Origin: a virus
Lineage: Duplodnaviria; Caudoviricetes
Virus record (IMG/VR): IMGVR_UViG_3300005434_000009
Span: 1-64,000 of that record
Reading direction: 5' to 3' (one strand)
DNA length: 64,000 nucleotides
The position numbers were made by a program, and so were the translations under genes. The notes under the pieces were generated by a model. It saw nothing but the letters and a program-made list of their open reading frames with translations, did no database searches and was not told the origin of the DNA. Shown here piece after piece: positions 24,954 to 34,320 of this stretch (positions are counted from its first letter, which is position 1; the number at the start of each line of letters is the position of its first letter).

Positions 24954-25057
24954 AACGTGCAGCTCCCGTCGCAGGGCCAGGGCCGGGGCCGCAGGCAGAT
25001 CGGGCAGATGTTCGAGGCCACTACATGCACCAGAAGGCGGAGGAAGAAGGTGCTCAC
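24950..25057 (-). CDS. Small Cys-containing protein (35 aa)
   Basis: GTGA/ATGA overlaps; CPIC..C..C. Confidence 0.4.
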   Translation of the reverse strand: MSTFFLRLLVHVVASNICPICLRPRPWPCDGSCTL

Positions 25058-25581
25058 GAGGTCACCGCCTGGCCCTTAGCCCACCGTTCACAGGTGCGGC
25101 AGGTAGGCAGGTCCATCAGCCACGGGCGTTCCCACAGGTTCTCGTGGTCCCTGGGTCCCGCGTGAACGTGCTTGGCCCAGATGCGGAACTCCTTGGGCGT
25201 TTCCGTGCCCACCGCAACGAGGTGCTGACGGCGGTTACCGGTCGCCTCGGCCCACCGGTAACCCTCCGGGACCGCGACCTTGTTCAGGCCGAACCGGGGC
25301 GAGCAGGAACACCTGTTGCCCAGCCGGTCGAGGACCAGATCGCGGGGGGCGAGACGAAGATTGAAACCCGCTGCCTCATCACGGCGGCGCTGCTCAGCGT
25401 TCGGGGTGATGCGACGGTGCGCGGCTTCCGCGTCGACTGTCTCGGCAATCATGATCCCGCAGGTGCACCCGCACGGGGCCACGTGCTCCCAGGCCAGGTT
25501 GTCCAGCGACATCGGCTCGTCGGCCTCGGCGACCTTCACGAAGATGTGCGAGACGTCGGCGAATCCAGCTCGCGCGCTCAC
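25054..25581 (-). CDS. Hypothetical protein
   Basis: 175 aa, coupled. Confidence 0.6.
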   Translation of the reverse strand: MSARAGFADVSHIFVKVAEADEPMSLDNLAWEHVAPCGCTCGIMIAETVDAEAAHRRITPNAEQRRRDEAAGFNLRLAPRDLVLDRLGNRCSCSPRFGLNKVAVPEGYRWAEATGNRRQHLVAVGTETPKEFRIWAKHVHAGPRDHENLWERPWLMDLPTCRTCERWAKGQAVTS

Positions 25582-26054
25582 GCCACCGCCACCCCTCGTA
25601 CGGTCCGCTTCCGGGCCGGCCGCAGAGCTTCCGTCGTCAACGTCTCCGTCGGAGAGGCGAGGACAGCCCCCTTCACCCCTTGGGCTTCGTGGCGGATGTC
25701 ATCGCCGTGCCCTTTGGGGAGGGTGCAGATGTACTGGCCCGCCACCTCAGCGGCCCACCGGTGACCGCACCCAGTGGAGCGGGGACCGGGCCACGGTGTC
25801 GGGGACCAGGACACGTTCATGGCGTCGACTTCGGCCTTCGCCCAGTCGTCCTGCTCCTGGGACACCAGACCAGCGGGGCGGCCGTTCTCGTCCCACTGCA
25901 GGACGGGGGCCGTCCAGGGGACTACCGAGCCCACCTTCAGGTAGCCGGTGGATGGGAGGGTAGGGCTGTTCAGAGCGTGAGAAGGCACTGGGGTTGCCTC
26001 GCTATCGCGTTGGTCTGGCCGTGCTGGGGTCACGGCCTGTAAGGTGTTGCTCAT
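25578..26054 (-). CDS. Hypothetical protein
   Basis: MSNTLQ... after hairpin and GAGG RBS. Confidence 0.55.
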   Translation of the reverse strand: MSNTLQAVTPARPDQRDSEATPVPSHALNSPTLPSTGYLKVGSVVPWTAPVLQWDENGRPAGLVSQEQDDWAKAEVDAMNVSWSPTPWPGPRSTGCGHRWAAEVAGQYICTLPKGHGDDIRHEAQGVKGAVLASPTETLTTEALRPARKRTVRGVAVA

Positions 26055-26095
26055 CGACTCGTTCCTCTGGCTGGGGTGCGATCGGTTGAGGTTCT

Positions 26096-26127
26096 GAGGC
26101 TTCATCCGTTGCAGCGGATGGGGCCTC
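26096..26127 (-). promoter_or_regulatory. Leader hairpin with CTGCAA loop
   Basis: GAGGC..CATCCG-CTGCAA-CGGATG..GCCTC. Confidence 0.45.
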
Positions 26128-26143
26128 GTCTCGTTTACGGAGG

Positions 26144-26317
26144 TCAGGCGGCCTCCTTGCGCCGTTTCACCGGCACCTGCTCCGCCGCCCACCGCTCCAG
26201 TAGCGGAGTCATGAGGTCGGCGATGAGCTGCTTCTGCTCCGAGGAGAACCGGAAACCCCGGGCGATCTCCTGGGCGGCGGCTTTCGCTTCCGGGGAGAGC
26301 CGGGACGAGGCGGTCAC
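26144..26317 (-). CDS. Small hypothetical protein (57 aa) downstream of cro
   Basis: GTGA overlap with cro stop; not in track. Confidence 0.55.
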   Translation of the reverse strand: MTASSRLSPEAKAAAQEIARGFRFSSEQKQLIADLMTPLLERWAAEQVPVKRRKEAA

Positions 26318-26565
26318 GCGGCCGCGCCGTTCGAGTCGTCGTTTTCGTCGGTGAAGTCGTCCAGGCTCACGGGACGCTCGAGTGCCTTACTGAGCTGCCT
26401 CCGTAGGCGGTGGGCCAGCACCGTGCTGGGCTCGTAACCCCACATCTCCATGTTGCGGAGATGGCCTTCGCTGCACTGGATCAACACTGCGAGTTGGGAG
26501 CGGGACAAGCCAGCTTCTTCCCGGAGTGCCTTCAGGTCACGGCCTCTGATCTTGCGTCCGTCCAT
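26314..26565 (-). CDS. cro: Cro-like XRE HTH regulator
   Basis: LKALREEAGLSRSQLA..I..S..HL..ME.W..EPS; divergent from repressor, heads the early operon. Confidence 0.85.
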   Translation of the reverse strand: MDGRKIRGRDLKALREEAGLSRSQLAVLIQCSEGHLRNMEMWGYEPSTVLAHRLRRQLSKALERPVSLDDFTDENDDSNGAAA

Positions 26566-26734
26566 GCGCAGTAATTTAGCATTTCCTGCGCTTTCTGCGC
26601 AACCGAACGTGTGGGATTTCTACCAGAACGACGCAGGGTTTGCGATGGTGGGGTGTACCGACCCGTGGACCTGGGGAGCATCCATGCAGGTGGGCCTAGT
26701 TAGTCCTGCGCATGTTCTGCGCTATCGTCGCGTC
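26566..26734. promoter_or_regulatory. Immunity switch: divergent leaderless promoters with operator repeats
   Basis: Minus: TTGCGC-18-TAAATT-7-ATG(cro). Plus: TTAGTC-17-TATCGT-6-GTG(repressor). CCTGCGC..TTCTGCGC repeats at 26585 and 26705 lie in both spacers. Confidence 0.7.
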
Positions 26735-27118
26735 GTGCGCTGGACACCCGAGAGCATCCGCAAACGGCGAGACGCCCTTGGCATGACCCAAGAGCAACTC
26801 GCTGAGCGCGTAGGCGCGAGCCTGCGCACGGTATGGGGATGGGAAGACGGTGTAACCCCCCAGAGGAAGTGGACCGAGAAACTCAACGAAGTCCTCGGCC
26901 CACCGTCAGCGGACACGCCGCGCCAGGAGTCCCTGGCCGACAAGGGCGCCGCACAGTTGGTCGCGGAGATCGCCGAACGCCTGACCGAGCTGGCCAGCCG
27001 CGTACCCCCTGACCGGCTCGCCGGCACCTACGAGAGCCGTTCTGACGACGTCCCAGCGTTTGTAACCGAATCGTTAGAAAGTGCTCATGAGCAAGAGCGG
27101 CGGGAGGCGCTCGGTTGA
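26735..27118 (+). CDS. Immunity repressor (XRE HTH)
   Basis: IRKRRDALGMTQEQLAERVGASLRTVWGWEDG..P. Confidence 0.88.
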   Translation: MRWTPESIRKRRDALGMTQEQLAERVGASLRTVWGWEDGVTPQRKWTEKLNEVLGPPSADTPRQESLADKGAAQLVAEIAERLTELASRVPPDRLAGTYESRSDDVPAFVTESLESAHEQERREALG

Positions 27119-27191
27119 GATTGCACTCAGGTGGCCTATACCCAACCGTCCCCTGTCGGTTCTTGGGGAGTTACTGAACTGTCGATTTAGA

Positions 27192-27207
27192 TCGAACGAG
27201 CGTTCGA
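27192..27207. promoter_or_regulatory. LexA (SOS) box
   Basis: TCGAAC-GAGC-GTTCGA, perfect match to actinobacterial TCGAAC-N4-GTTCGA. Confidence 0.85.
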
Positions 27208-27376
27208 AGCATCCGGGTCACCCCTCGACGGACTATTGACACCGCATGAGGACGATGGTGCACCCTGCGGGTGACAAGATCCCCCTGGTTGCTCTAACGA
27301 AACGGTGCGAGTAGTAATACTCCGCTCAGTCTTACGGCGGACCGGGGCACCGCCACCTGAAGGGGGATCAGGAGCT

Positions 27377-27679
27377 GTGGCACAACCGATCGACTGGAAC
27401 TACTCTTACCGCTCAGACCCTGCGGCGCAGTGGCTGTTCGACCGAGTGGAAACGAACTACGACCTCAAGATAGTGACCGATCCGCGCCAGACCAGCCCCG
27501 TCCGGGTGAGCCTGCCCCGGGGTGTCATCGCCCTCAAGCCGGACATGGAGTTCCCACGGCTGCACTGGTGGGTGTGCCGGGCGGTGGCGCTCACCGAACT
27601 CGGCCCGAATCTGATCCCCGACCTGATCCCCGTGCAGCGCACCGACAACGTGGTGCCCATCCTGCGACGACCGTGGTGA
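27377..27679 (+). CDS. SOS-regulated protein, possible ImmA-like antirepressor lacking HExxH
   Basis: AGGAG RBS; ImmA position between repressor and integrase; GVIAL...RL.....LTELG without HExxH. Confidence 0.5.
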   Translation: MAQPIDWNYSYRSDPAAQWLFDRVETNYDLKIVTDPRQTSPVRVSLPRGVIALKPDMEFPRLHWWVCRAVALTELGPNLIPDLIPVQRTDNVVPILRRPW

Positions 27680-27688
27680 CTGCCCCAG

Positions 27689-29056
27689 TCAGCGCGGGGT
27701 GATCCGCACCGTCTCCGGTCGGAACGTCCGTGTGCCCCGGCCCACCGGGAACAGCTCCACGGTGCACAAGGCGTCGATCAGAGCCCGCTGAACGTGGAAA
27801 CCGGCCGCCTCGAACTTCTCCTCCCGTTCCTTCTCCGCAAGGTTGAGGAAGGGGCCGATGATGTCGAAGCGGCCGGAATCGGTCATGCGGAGCTCCACCG
27901 CATCCAATCTCGCCCGCACCCGGCTGGTCATCAACCGGAACTGCGCGGGGGTGACGACCGGGTCGTCGGTGAACTCCTCGGCGAGTTCCCGCAGCTGCCG
28001 GTGCAGGTCGTCCGCCTCGGCCCGCAGGGCGTCCAGGTCGGGTTTGTCCCGGTCGACGATGTACTCGAACGCGCCCGGCTCACCCAGGATGAGCAGCACG
28101 GTGTAGGTGACGTAGTCGTCCACCGGTTGGGCGAGGCGGTTGACGTGTTTCATGGACCGGCAGCGGTAGATGCGTTTCCCGTGGGAGGCGCCGCCGCCGT
28201 GGACGAGCAGCCCACACACCCCACACCTTCCGATCCCGGTCAACAGTTGGGTGGCGCCGGGGGTGCCGGTCCGGCGTTCGGGGCGGGACAGGATGTCCAC
28301 CACATCCCGCCACACCCCTTCATCGACCAGCGCCTCCCACTCAGCGCGGACGTCCATGATCTCGCCCTTGTAACGACGTTTCCCACAGTTGCGGGGGTTC
28401 AACAACACCCGGCGGACGTTGTCGATCCGCCACACACTGTTCTGCCCGGTGCGCAACCCGGCGTTGTTCCAACGGCGGGCGATCTCAGCCAACGGCACAC
28501 CCGACTGCGCCCACACGTAGCCGTCACGGATGGCGTCGGCTTCTTCGGGGACGATCTCGACACCGCGACTGTTGTAGCCGAAGGGTCGCCGGCCGCCCAT
28601 GCGTCGGCCTTGCTCGGCGGCCTGGCGGTGTGCGCGGATCTGCCTCTCCGACTTCATGTCGATTTCGTGCTGCGCGACCTCGCCCAGCAACCCGATCAAC
28701 AGTCTCCCAGATGGGGACGTCGGGTCCATGTCGGTGCCCTGGACGAGGGCGACGACCACGTTGTGGGCTTGGCAGGCCTCAACGAGCGCGAGACGGTCCC
28801 GGGGGTTGCGGGTGAGCCTGTCCAACGCCCAGGCGACGATGACGTCCACGCGGCGGTCCTGGACGGCTTTGAGCATGGCCTGGAACTGGGGGCGGGGTTT
28901 GCGTCCGGAGGCGGACACGTCGTTCTCGGTGTAGACCACCGTCTTGGTCCAGCCTCGTTGCTGGATGAGGCGTTCGCAGTCCTCGAGCTGCCGGGCCACG
29001 CCGAGGCCTTCGCCGACGCGGTCCTGCGAAATCCTCACGTATATGGCGGCTCTCAC
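27689..29056 (-). CDS. int: Large serine integrase
   Basis: AAIYVRIS (catalytic Ser), DRLTRN, GGRRPFGY, recombinase domain, LLTGIGRCG.CG Zn ribbon, coiled coil. Confidence 0.95.
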   Translation of the reverse strand: MRAAIYVRISQDRVGEGLGVARQLEDCERLIQQRGWTKTVVYTENDVSASGRKPRPQFQAMLKAVQDRRVDVIVAWALDRLTRNPRDRLALVEACQAHNVVVALVQGTDMDPTSPSGRLLIGLLGEVAQHEIDMKSERQIRAHRQAAEQGRRMGGRRPFGYNSRGVEIVPEEADAIRDGYVWAQSGVPLAEIARRWNNAGLRTGQNSVWRIDNVRRVLLNPRNCGKRRYKGEIMDVRAEWEALVDEGVWRDVVDILSRPERRTGTPGATQLLTGIGRCGVCGLLVHGGGASHGKRIYRCRSMKHVNRLAQPVDDYVTYTVLLILGEPGAFEYIVDRDKPDLDALRAEADDLHRQLRELAEEFTDDPVVTPAQFRLMTSRVRARLDAVELRMTDSGRFDIIGPFLNLAEKEREEKFEAAGFHVQRALIDALCTVELFPVGRGTRTFRPETVRITPR

Positions 29057-29107
29057 GTGCGCTAGACTAGCCCCCAGGCCAGCGGAAGCACGTGTTTCTA
29101 GCGTACG
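29056..29107. other. Candidate attP
   Basis: Imperfect inverted repeat CGTGCGCTAGA (29056) / TCTAGCGTACG (29097), 10/11, 30-bp spacer, just upstream of int. Confidence 0.55.
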
Positions 29108-29131
29108 TTGCAGGTATAGATGGGGGCGGCC

Positions 29132-29341
29132 ATGACCAGCACAAAGACGGTGCGAGTACCTAAGCCGGCCCCGCCGACTGAGCCGCCCCGTTCCGGCGCC
29201 TTCCGCTTCTGGCTGGGAACGGCCCCGAACCCCTTCCCCGAGTACACCCCGCTCGACGAGTGTGAACACTGCGGGGCGATGGTCCTCACCGCCACCTTGT
29301 CCCGACACCACGCCTGGCATCGACGTCAGGCCCACATCTGA
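29132..29341 (+). CDS. Small CxxC/HxxH protein, possible recombination directionality factor
   Basis: CEHC..HHAWH; divergent from int across attP. Confidence 0.4.
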   Translation: MTSTKTVRVPKPAPPTEPPRSGAFRFWLGTAPNPFPEYTPLDECEHCGAMVLTATLSRHHAWHRRQAHI

Positions 29342-29382
29342 TGGTGTCAGGGTCACCGGTAGTGGGAGAGGAAGGTGGGGGG

Positions 29383-29898
29383 ATGAGCGAACTGGTCGAG
29401 TGGTTGACCGCGATCCTGGACGAGCACGAGCGGGTGGCGCGGGCTGCGGACGAGAAGGCGTTGAGCCCCTGGCGCAACTCCAACGGACTCGTCAAGCACT
29501 CCGGACCACCCGAGGGTGGACATGGGCGCGACAATGGCCTCTGGGACGACGAGGGAACTTCGGGCATGAAGGTGGACCACCAGCTGTGCATGCTCGGTGA
29601 GATCGCCGAGCATGTGGCCCTGCACGATCCGGCGGCCGTCCTAGCTCTCATCCAGGCGCAGCGACAGATTTTGGCCGCCCACGCCCCGACCCGGTACACC
29701 AACGCCGACCTTGGGATCAAGGACGCACCCGTTTGTCTCACCTGCCATGCGGTGATGGACTCCCCCGAGGATTGGCCAGACGAAGCAGACTGGTCCTACC
29801 CCCTGGTCCAGCGCTCTTTCCCCTGTCCGACTGTTCGGGCCCTTGCTTCCGCCTACCGGCACGCACCGGGCTGGGATGAGGCGTGGGGGTCGACATGA
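29383..29898 (+). CDS. DUF6221-like protein
   Basis: LVEWL.A.LDE.ER.ARAA..HDPA.VL......ILA.H..CPTVRALAS.Y...PGW.E.W. Confidence 0.75.
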   Translation: MSELVEWLTAILDEHERVARAADEKALSPWRNSNGLVKHSGPPEGGHGRDNGLWDDEGTSGMKVDHQLCMLGEIAEHVALHDPAAVLALIQAQRQILAAHAPTRYTNADLGIKDAPVCLTCHAVMDSPEDWPDEADWSYPLVQRSFPCPTVRALASAYRHAPGWDEAWGST

Positions 29899-30212
29899 CC
29901 GACGCGAGGATCGAGTTCATCCGCCGCTGCTTGGACGCCGAAGAGCAGCACATCCGACAGGACGCGGCGAGGGCCCGGGAGATCCGGACCGCGTGGGGTT
30001 TGCCGCAACACGAGCCGACTGGGCTGCTGTCCACCGACTCCCGGATGCTCCCCATCGAGGCGCACAGGGAGATCGTGGACACCTGCGAGCACTACCTGCA
30101 CGAGTACGAGTCGGGCATCGATCCCTGCGCTAACGGGGTTCTCGATGCGCTCGTGGCCGCGTACAGGGAGCACAGCTTCGACGGCCGACACCCCAGTTGG
30201 GGGCCGACGTGA
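29895..30212 (+). CDS. Second, shorter DUF6221-like protein
   Basis: IEFIRRCLDAEE..R..IEAHREIV..L.ALVAAY. Confidence 0.55.
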   Translation: MTDARIEFIRRCLDAEEQHIRQDAARAREIRTAWGLPQHEPTGLLSTDSRMLPIEAHREIVDTCEHYLHEYESGIDPCANGVLDALVAAYREHSFDGRHPSWGPT

Positions 30213-30886
30213 CCCGCCCTGGAACGTTCGCCTGGTTCGGCGCGAGCACCGTGTGGTTCGGAGCCGCAACCCTCTCGTTCTCTGGTCTGGACGGCCTAGC
30301 CCAGTCCTGCTACATCTCCCCCACACTCGCTCCGCTCATGCCCCTGGTGATCGACGTCGGGGTTGCTGTCGCCGCCTGGGTGTGGCGCAGAGGTGTCAAC
30401 CCTGACGCGGCACGGTTAGCCGGCCGGATGACGTGGAGCCTGTTGGTGCTCACCGTTGTGGGTAACGGGTCGCATCTGGGCATGGAGGCCAGTCACGTCC
30501 TCCCGCCGTGGTGGGCGGCCGCGATCGTTGGAGCGGTGCCGCCTGCCGTCGCTGGAGCCGTCGCTCACCTGCTGGTGCTGCTCGGGCGAGGCGATGTGCA
30601 GCTGGATGTACAGGAGCCCGTTATTTGCGCGCAGGAGCCCGAGGTAATTGCACAGCGCAAACCGGCCCCTGCACCGTCTCGGCCGAAGCGGACCAGCGTA
30701 GCCGCACCCACCGACAGAACGGTTTCCGAGACCCGGGCCGCTGCTCTCCTCGCCTCCGGGGCAGGGAGACGGCGGATCAGCCGTGAGCTTGGGGTGTCGG
30801 AGCATCAGGCCCGGGTGTTGCTTGAGCAGCACGCGGCGGAGAAGACCCCGAACAATGGTCACCCGGTGTTAGAGGAGGCGAAATAG
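30209..30886 (+). CDS. DUF2637 (SpdA-like) membrane protein with C-terminal HTH
   Basis: Four TM segments, LSFSGL, PLVIDVG, GN.SH, VPP; C-terminal GRRRISRELGVSE. Confidence 0.75.
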   Translation: MTRPGTFAWFGASTVWFGAATLSFSGLDGLAQSCYISPTLAPLMPLVIDVGVAVAAWVWRRGVNPDAARLAGRMTWSLLVLTVVGNGSHLGMEASHVLPPWWAAAIVGAVPPAVAGAVAHLLVLLGRGDVQLDVQEPVICAQEPEVIAQRKPAPAPSRPKRTSVAAPTDRTVSETRAAALLASGAGRRRISRELGVSEHQARVLLEQHAAEKTPNNGHPVLEEAK

Positions 30887-31332
30887 TGGGCTGCGACATC
30901 CACCTGATCGTCCAGGCCCGTCGTGACGGGAAGTGGGAAGACGTGGAACTCAACCTGGACGGGACCAACGAGTACAACGAATCGTTCTGGGAGTCTCAGT
31001 CCTACGCCACGTTCGCGGTCCTGGCAGCTGTGCGCAACTGGCCCGAGTCAGGTCTCACTCCCATCTCGACTCCACGCGGGCTGCCGGACGACTTCGAGTG
31101 CCAGGACGACCGCGTGCCCTCGCGCCGTCGTTTCAACCTGGGAGCCCTCGTCGGCGACGTGGAGCGCAACGGCAAGGACTTGGGCGAGCACTCCCACTCC
31201 TGGGTCACCCTCGCTGAACTGAAGGCTGTTCCGGAGGGCCAGCAGTGGGCGTTGCCTGAGGGCTGGATCCCGGAGCTGGAGAAGTACGGCGCACCCGATG
31301 ACGTCCGGCTCGTGTTCGGCTTTGACTCGTGA
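30886..31332 (+). CDS. Conserved phage hypothetical protein
   Basis: MGCDIH..Y.TFA.LA.VRN..RGLP.D..HS.SW.TL.EL..RLVFGFDS. Confidence 0.7.
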   Translation: MGCDIHLIVQARRDGKWEDVELNLDGTNEYNESFWESQSYATFAVLAAVRNWPESGLTPISTPRGLPDDFECQDDRVPSRRRFNLGALVGDVERNGKDLGEHSHSWVTLAELKAVPEGQQWALPEGWIPELEKYGAPDDVRLVFGFDS

Positions 31333-31490
31333 CAGCCCTCCTCATCGCCTTCGTGGTCTGGCTCTTCTGGCCGGAAAAGACGCGCTGGCATCCCTTCGAG
31401 GGCATCTACAACTTCAACCGTAAGACCGGGCAACTGAAGATCGCGGTCACGTTGCCGACCAAGAAGAACGCCAGGAAGAGGAAGAGATGA
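31329..31490 (+). CDS. Small membrane protein (53 aa)
   Basis: GTGA/ATGA overlaps; hydrophobic N-terminus, basic tail. Confidence 0.5.
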   Translation: MTALLIAFVVWLFWPEKTRWHPFEGIYNFNRKTGQLKIAVTLPTKKNARKRKR

Positions 31491-31708
31491 GCCGTTCGCA
31501 CCCGCGCTGCTGGACGGGCGAAGCCTACGTCCACACCTGCCACGAGCCGTCTGGTCGAACCTGCCTGGACTGCGACCGGCCCGCTGGAACGCCGTGGGGG
31601 CCGTACTGGTGCCCGGATTGCGACGTGAAGCGACTCGACCGTTGCACCGCTGGGTTGATGGAGATCCAGGCGGCACTGGACGAGCAACGCGAACTGAGGC
31701 AGTCGTGA
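31487..31708 (+). CDS. Cys-rich small protein
   Basis: CLDC..WCPDC. Confidence 0.55.
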   Translation: MSRSHPRCWTGEAYVHTCHEPSGRTCLDCDRPAGTPWGPYWCPDCDVKRLDRCTAGLMEIQAALDEQRELRQS

Positions 31709-31821
31709 CCCCCACCATCGCCTCCCTCTTGGCTGCTCTCCTGGTATGGGGAACACGGATCGAGGTTCGGGTCAGGCGGGAGCAGAGGCCGGCACCGGAG
31801 AGCGTGGAGGTGGAGGGCTGA
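31705..31821 (+). CDS. Small hydrophobic protein (38 aa)
   Basis: Coupled at both ends. Confidence 0.4.
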   Translation: MTPTIASLLAALLVWGTRIEVRVRREQRPAPESVEVEG

Positions 31822-32132
31822 TGGGCGGCTGGATGACGTACGGCCGCTTGCGCTCCCGGAACAACTTGCAGCGGAAGCCCGACGACGACCCAGACCCCTA
31901 CTGGCGAGATCAGAGTAAGCACTCCTACGCCTCCGGCAACCCAGTCCGCGCGCTGCTCGCAGGCGAGCTGAACAGGATGGAGCGCGACTACCTGGACCCG
32001 CAGTACCCGGAGCCCCCGTTCGCCGCCCGGTCGCCTGGCAGCGACCCGCTCACCGAGTGCGCCACCGCCACTGGAGTGGACCGTGAGGTCGTCCGTCGGG
32101 TGCTCCGTCATGTGTTCCGAGAGTCCCCATGA
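31821..32132 (+). CDS. Hypothetical protein
   Basis: TGATG overlap; ATGA overlap into FtsK gene. Confidence 0.55.
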   Translation: MGGWMTYGRLRSRNNLQRKPDDDPDPYWRDQSKHSYASGNPVRALLAGELNRMERDYLDPQYPEPPFAARSPGSDPLTECATATGVDREVVRRVLRHVFRESP

Positions 32133-34213
32133 CCGAGCCCGTCCCGGCTGTCCTTGTCTCCGACGAGGAGTTCGCCCGCCGCTTCAACGCCCGCCAGGCT
32201 GTGGCCGCCCGGGCGAACGTCGCCCGCTCCGACGTGGTGACTGTCGCCCGGGTCACCCGCCGTGTCGCCACCCACGACCGCACCCGGGCGGTATGCCGGG
32301 AGATCGCCTACATCCCAGGTGGGGTGGCAGCGGCGGCAAAGTGGTGGCGGGAGAACTGCACGGGGGCCGGATACCAGCGGGCGATCCGTGACGCCGAAGC
32401 GAAAGGCGACTACGAAGCCGTCATCCAGCTGCGGAAGTTGGCGGACGACGAGCGGCATCGCCGGTTCGAACGGATCATGACCTACATCCGGGCCCCGCAG
32501 GAGCTGCTGAAAGCCCTCGTCGTCATCGCCGTCGTCGCCGTCGGCGGCCTGCTGCTGCTGGGTGTGGCGGCTGCGTTGGCGTTCGGGGATCCCACCCTGG
32601 CCACCGGGCCCATCCGGGCCGTCATGTGGGCGGTCGCCACAGCGGTATGGCTGTGCACCGTCGGCGGCAGCCTGCTGGTGGGCGGGTTGTGTGGGCTGGT
32701 CGTGCTGTGCCTGTGGGCTGCTGGGAGGCGGGCGGGGAACGTCCCGGAGTTCCTGGCGCCAGCGGCGGAGCGGGAGGCCCGGCGGGAGGAAATCACGCCC
32801 GCCCTGGCGGTGATGGCGTTCCGGGACCTGGGGGTCGCCGAGCTCCGCAAACGGATCCTGGCGTTGCCGGACAACGGGGCGCCCATGATCTCTCAGATCC
32901 GCCCGGCCGGGTGCGGGGTGGAGTTCGACGCCACCCCACCCAGAGGTTCCACATCCACGGCGGTGATCCTGTCCCGCCACGACCGGCTGTCGGAGAACAT
33001 CAACCGCCACCCGCACGAGGTGCACCTGTCGGTCCCGCAGAACCAGCCGGGGACGGTGCGGGTGTGGGCGGCGGACCCGGGGGCGTTGGACGAACCGATC
33101 GGGGCGTCTCCGCTGGTCTACGACGACGAGATCAAAGCGGACTACCGGCGAGGCGCGGCCCCGTGGGGTGTGACGCTGCGGAACGACCCGGCTGAGATCC
33201 GGCTGTATCAGATCCACGTGCTCATCACCGGCAAGTCGAACCAGGGCAAAACGGCGGCGCTGCGGTCGCTGGCTTTGTGGCTGTCCCTGGATAAGCGTCC
33301 TGAGCTGCGGATAGCTGACCTGAAGGGGATGAACCCCACCACGAAACGGTCGGATTGGGCGATGTTCGAGGGCATCGCCACCGAGTTCATCGCCGGCCCC
33401 ACCGATGACCACGTCGCTGAGGCCACGGAGATGTTGGAGCGGGTGGTGGCGGAGATGAACCGTCGTATTCAACGGGGCGGGAACTGGGATCCGCTGATCG
33501 CCATCGTCGACGAAGCCCAGGTGGCGTACATGTGCCCTGCGAAAGGGCCGGACGGGCGACCCTACGGCGGGTCGAAGAACACCTCCCGGTTCCTGACCGC
33601 TGTGCGGCAGATCCAGAACCAGGGGCGGGCGGTTGATGTGCTGCTGTGGGAGGGGACCCAGGACCCCACGAACCAGAACCTCCCCATCCTGGCCCGCGAG
33701 GGCGCCCACCTGCGGATTTGCCTGGCGGTGGGGACGGAGGAGAAGTCCCGGATGGCGTTGGGTGACAACGCGGTGGAAGGCGGGGCCGCACCGCACCGTC
33801 TACGGCCTGGCCTGGACAAGGGGACTGTGGTGGTGGCGGGTGACGGTGCACCGTTGTCGGCCGGGCAGGCGTCGGTGACGATCCGAACCCACTTCATCGA
33901 TGACAAGGACGCCACCGCCATCGCCAACCGGGCGAAGAAACTGCGCGGCCCGCTGGTCCCCCGCCCCCCGGAGCAGGAGCGGGACCTGCTTGAGGACGTG
34001 TTCGAGCTGATGGGCGACGCCGAGCAGGTGCCGGCCGCGACGATGGCCCGCCTGCTGCACCCGGTGGACCGCCGGTACGCCGTGATGGACGGGGTTCAGC
34101 TCAAGGCCCGACTGGACGATCTGGGGGCTCTGGTGACGAAGAACAAGGGTGTTCCGATGGTGTACCGGTCCCGCATCCAGGCGGCGATGGAATCCCGGGG
34201 GGAGGGCGCGTGA
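32129..34213 (+). CDS. FtsK/SpoIIIE-family DNA translocase of TraB/TraSA type
   Basis: Two TM helices, Walker A GKSNQGKT, ADLKG, Walker B IAIVDEAQ, GTQDPT, C-terminal winged-helix-like region. Confidence 0.85.
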   Translation: MTEPVPAVLVSDEEFARRFNARQAVAARANVARSDVVTVARVTRRVATHDRTRAVCREIAYIPGGVAAAAKWWRENCTGAGYQRAIRDAEAKGDYEAVIQLRKLADDERHRRFERIMTYIRAPQELLKALVVIAVVAVGGLLLLGVAAALAFGDPTLATGPIRAVMWAVATAVWLCTVGGSLLVGGLCGLVVLCLWAAGRRAGNVPEFLAPAAEREARREEITPALAVMAFRDLGVAELRKRILALPDNGAPMISQIRPAGCGVEFDATPPRGSTSTAVILSRHDRLSENINRHPHEVHLSVPQNQPGTVRVWAADPGALDEPIGASPLVYDDEIKADYRRGAAPWGVTLRNDPAEIRLYQIHVLITGKSNQGKTAALRSLALWLSLDKRPELRIADLKGMNPTTKRSDWAMFEGIATEFIAGPTDDHVAEATEMLERVVAEMNRRIQRGGNWDPLIAIVDEAQVAYMCPAKGPDGRPYGGSKNTSRFLTAVRQIQNQGRAVDVLLWEGTQDPTNQNLPILAREGAHLRICLAVGTEEKSRMALGDNAVEGGAAPHRLRPGLDKGTVVVAGDGAPLSAGQASVTIRTHFIDDKDATAIANRAKKLRGPLVPRPPEQERDLLEDVFELMGDAEQVPAATMARLLHPVDRRYAVMDGVQLKARLDDLGALVTKNKGVPMVYRSRIQAAMESRGEGA

Positions 34214-34274
34214 CGATCGCGAAAAACCATCGGATCCAGGCCGATCCGAGGTTCGGAGCCCCCGCTCTCCCATG

Positions 34275-34320
34275 CCACCTGAGCAGCATAAGTGCAGGTC
34301 AGCGTGCTATACTCAGGTGG
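34275..34320. promoter_or_regulatory. Inverted repeat overlapping leaderless promoter of tyrosine recombinase (possible res/lox-like site)
   Basis: CCACCTGAG/CTCAGGTGG perfect 9-bp arms, 28-bp spacer; TATACT 6 nt before GTG 34320. Confidence 0.5.

Noticed and set aside
630-26565. Many proteins ending in ..AA*
   Set aside because: By-product of GGAGGCGGC-GTGA/ATGA translational coupling, not a degron or targeting signal I can support
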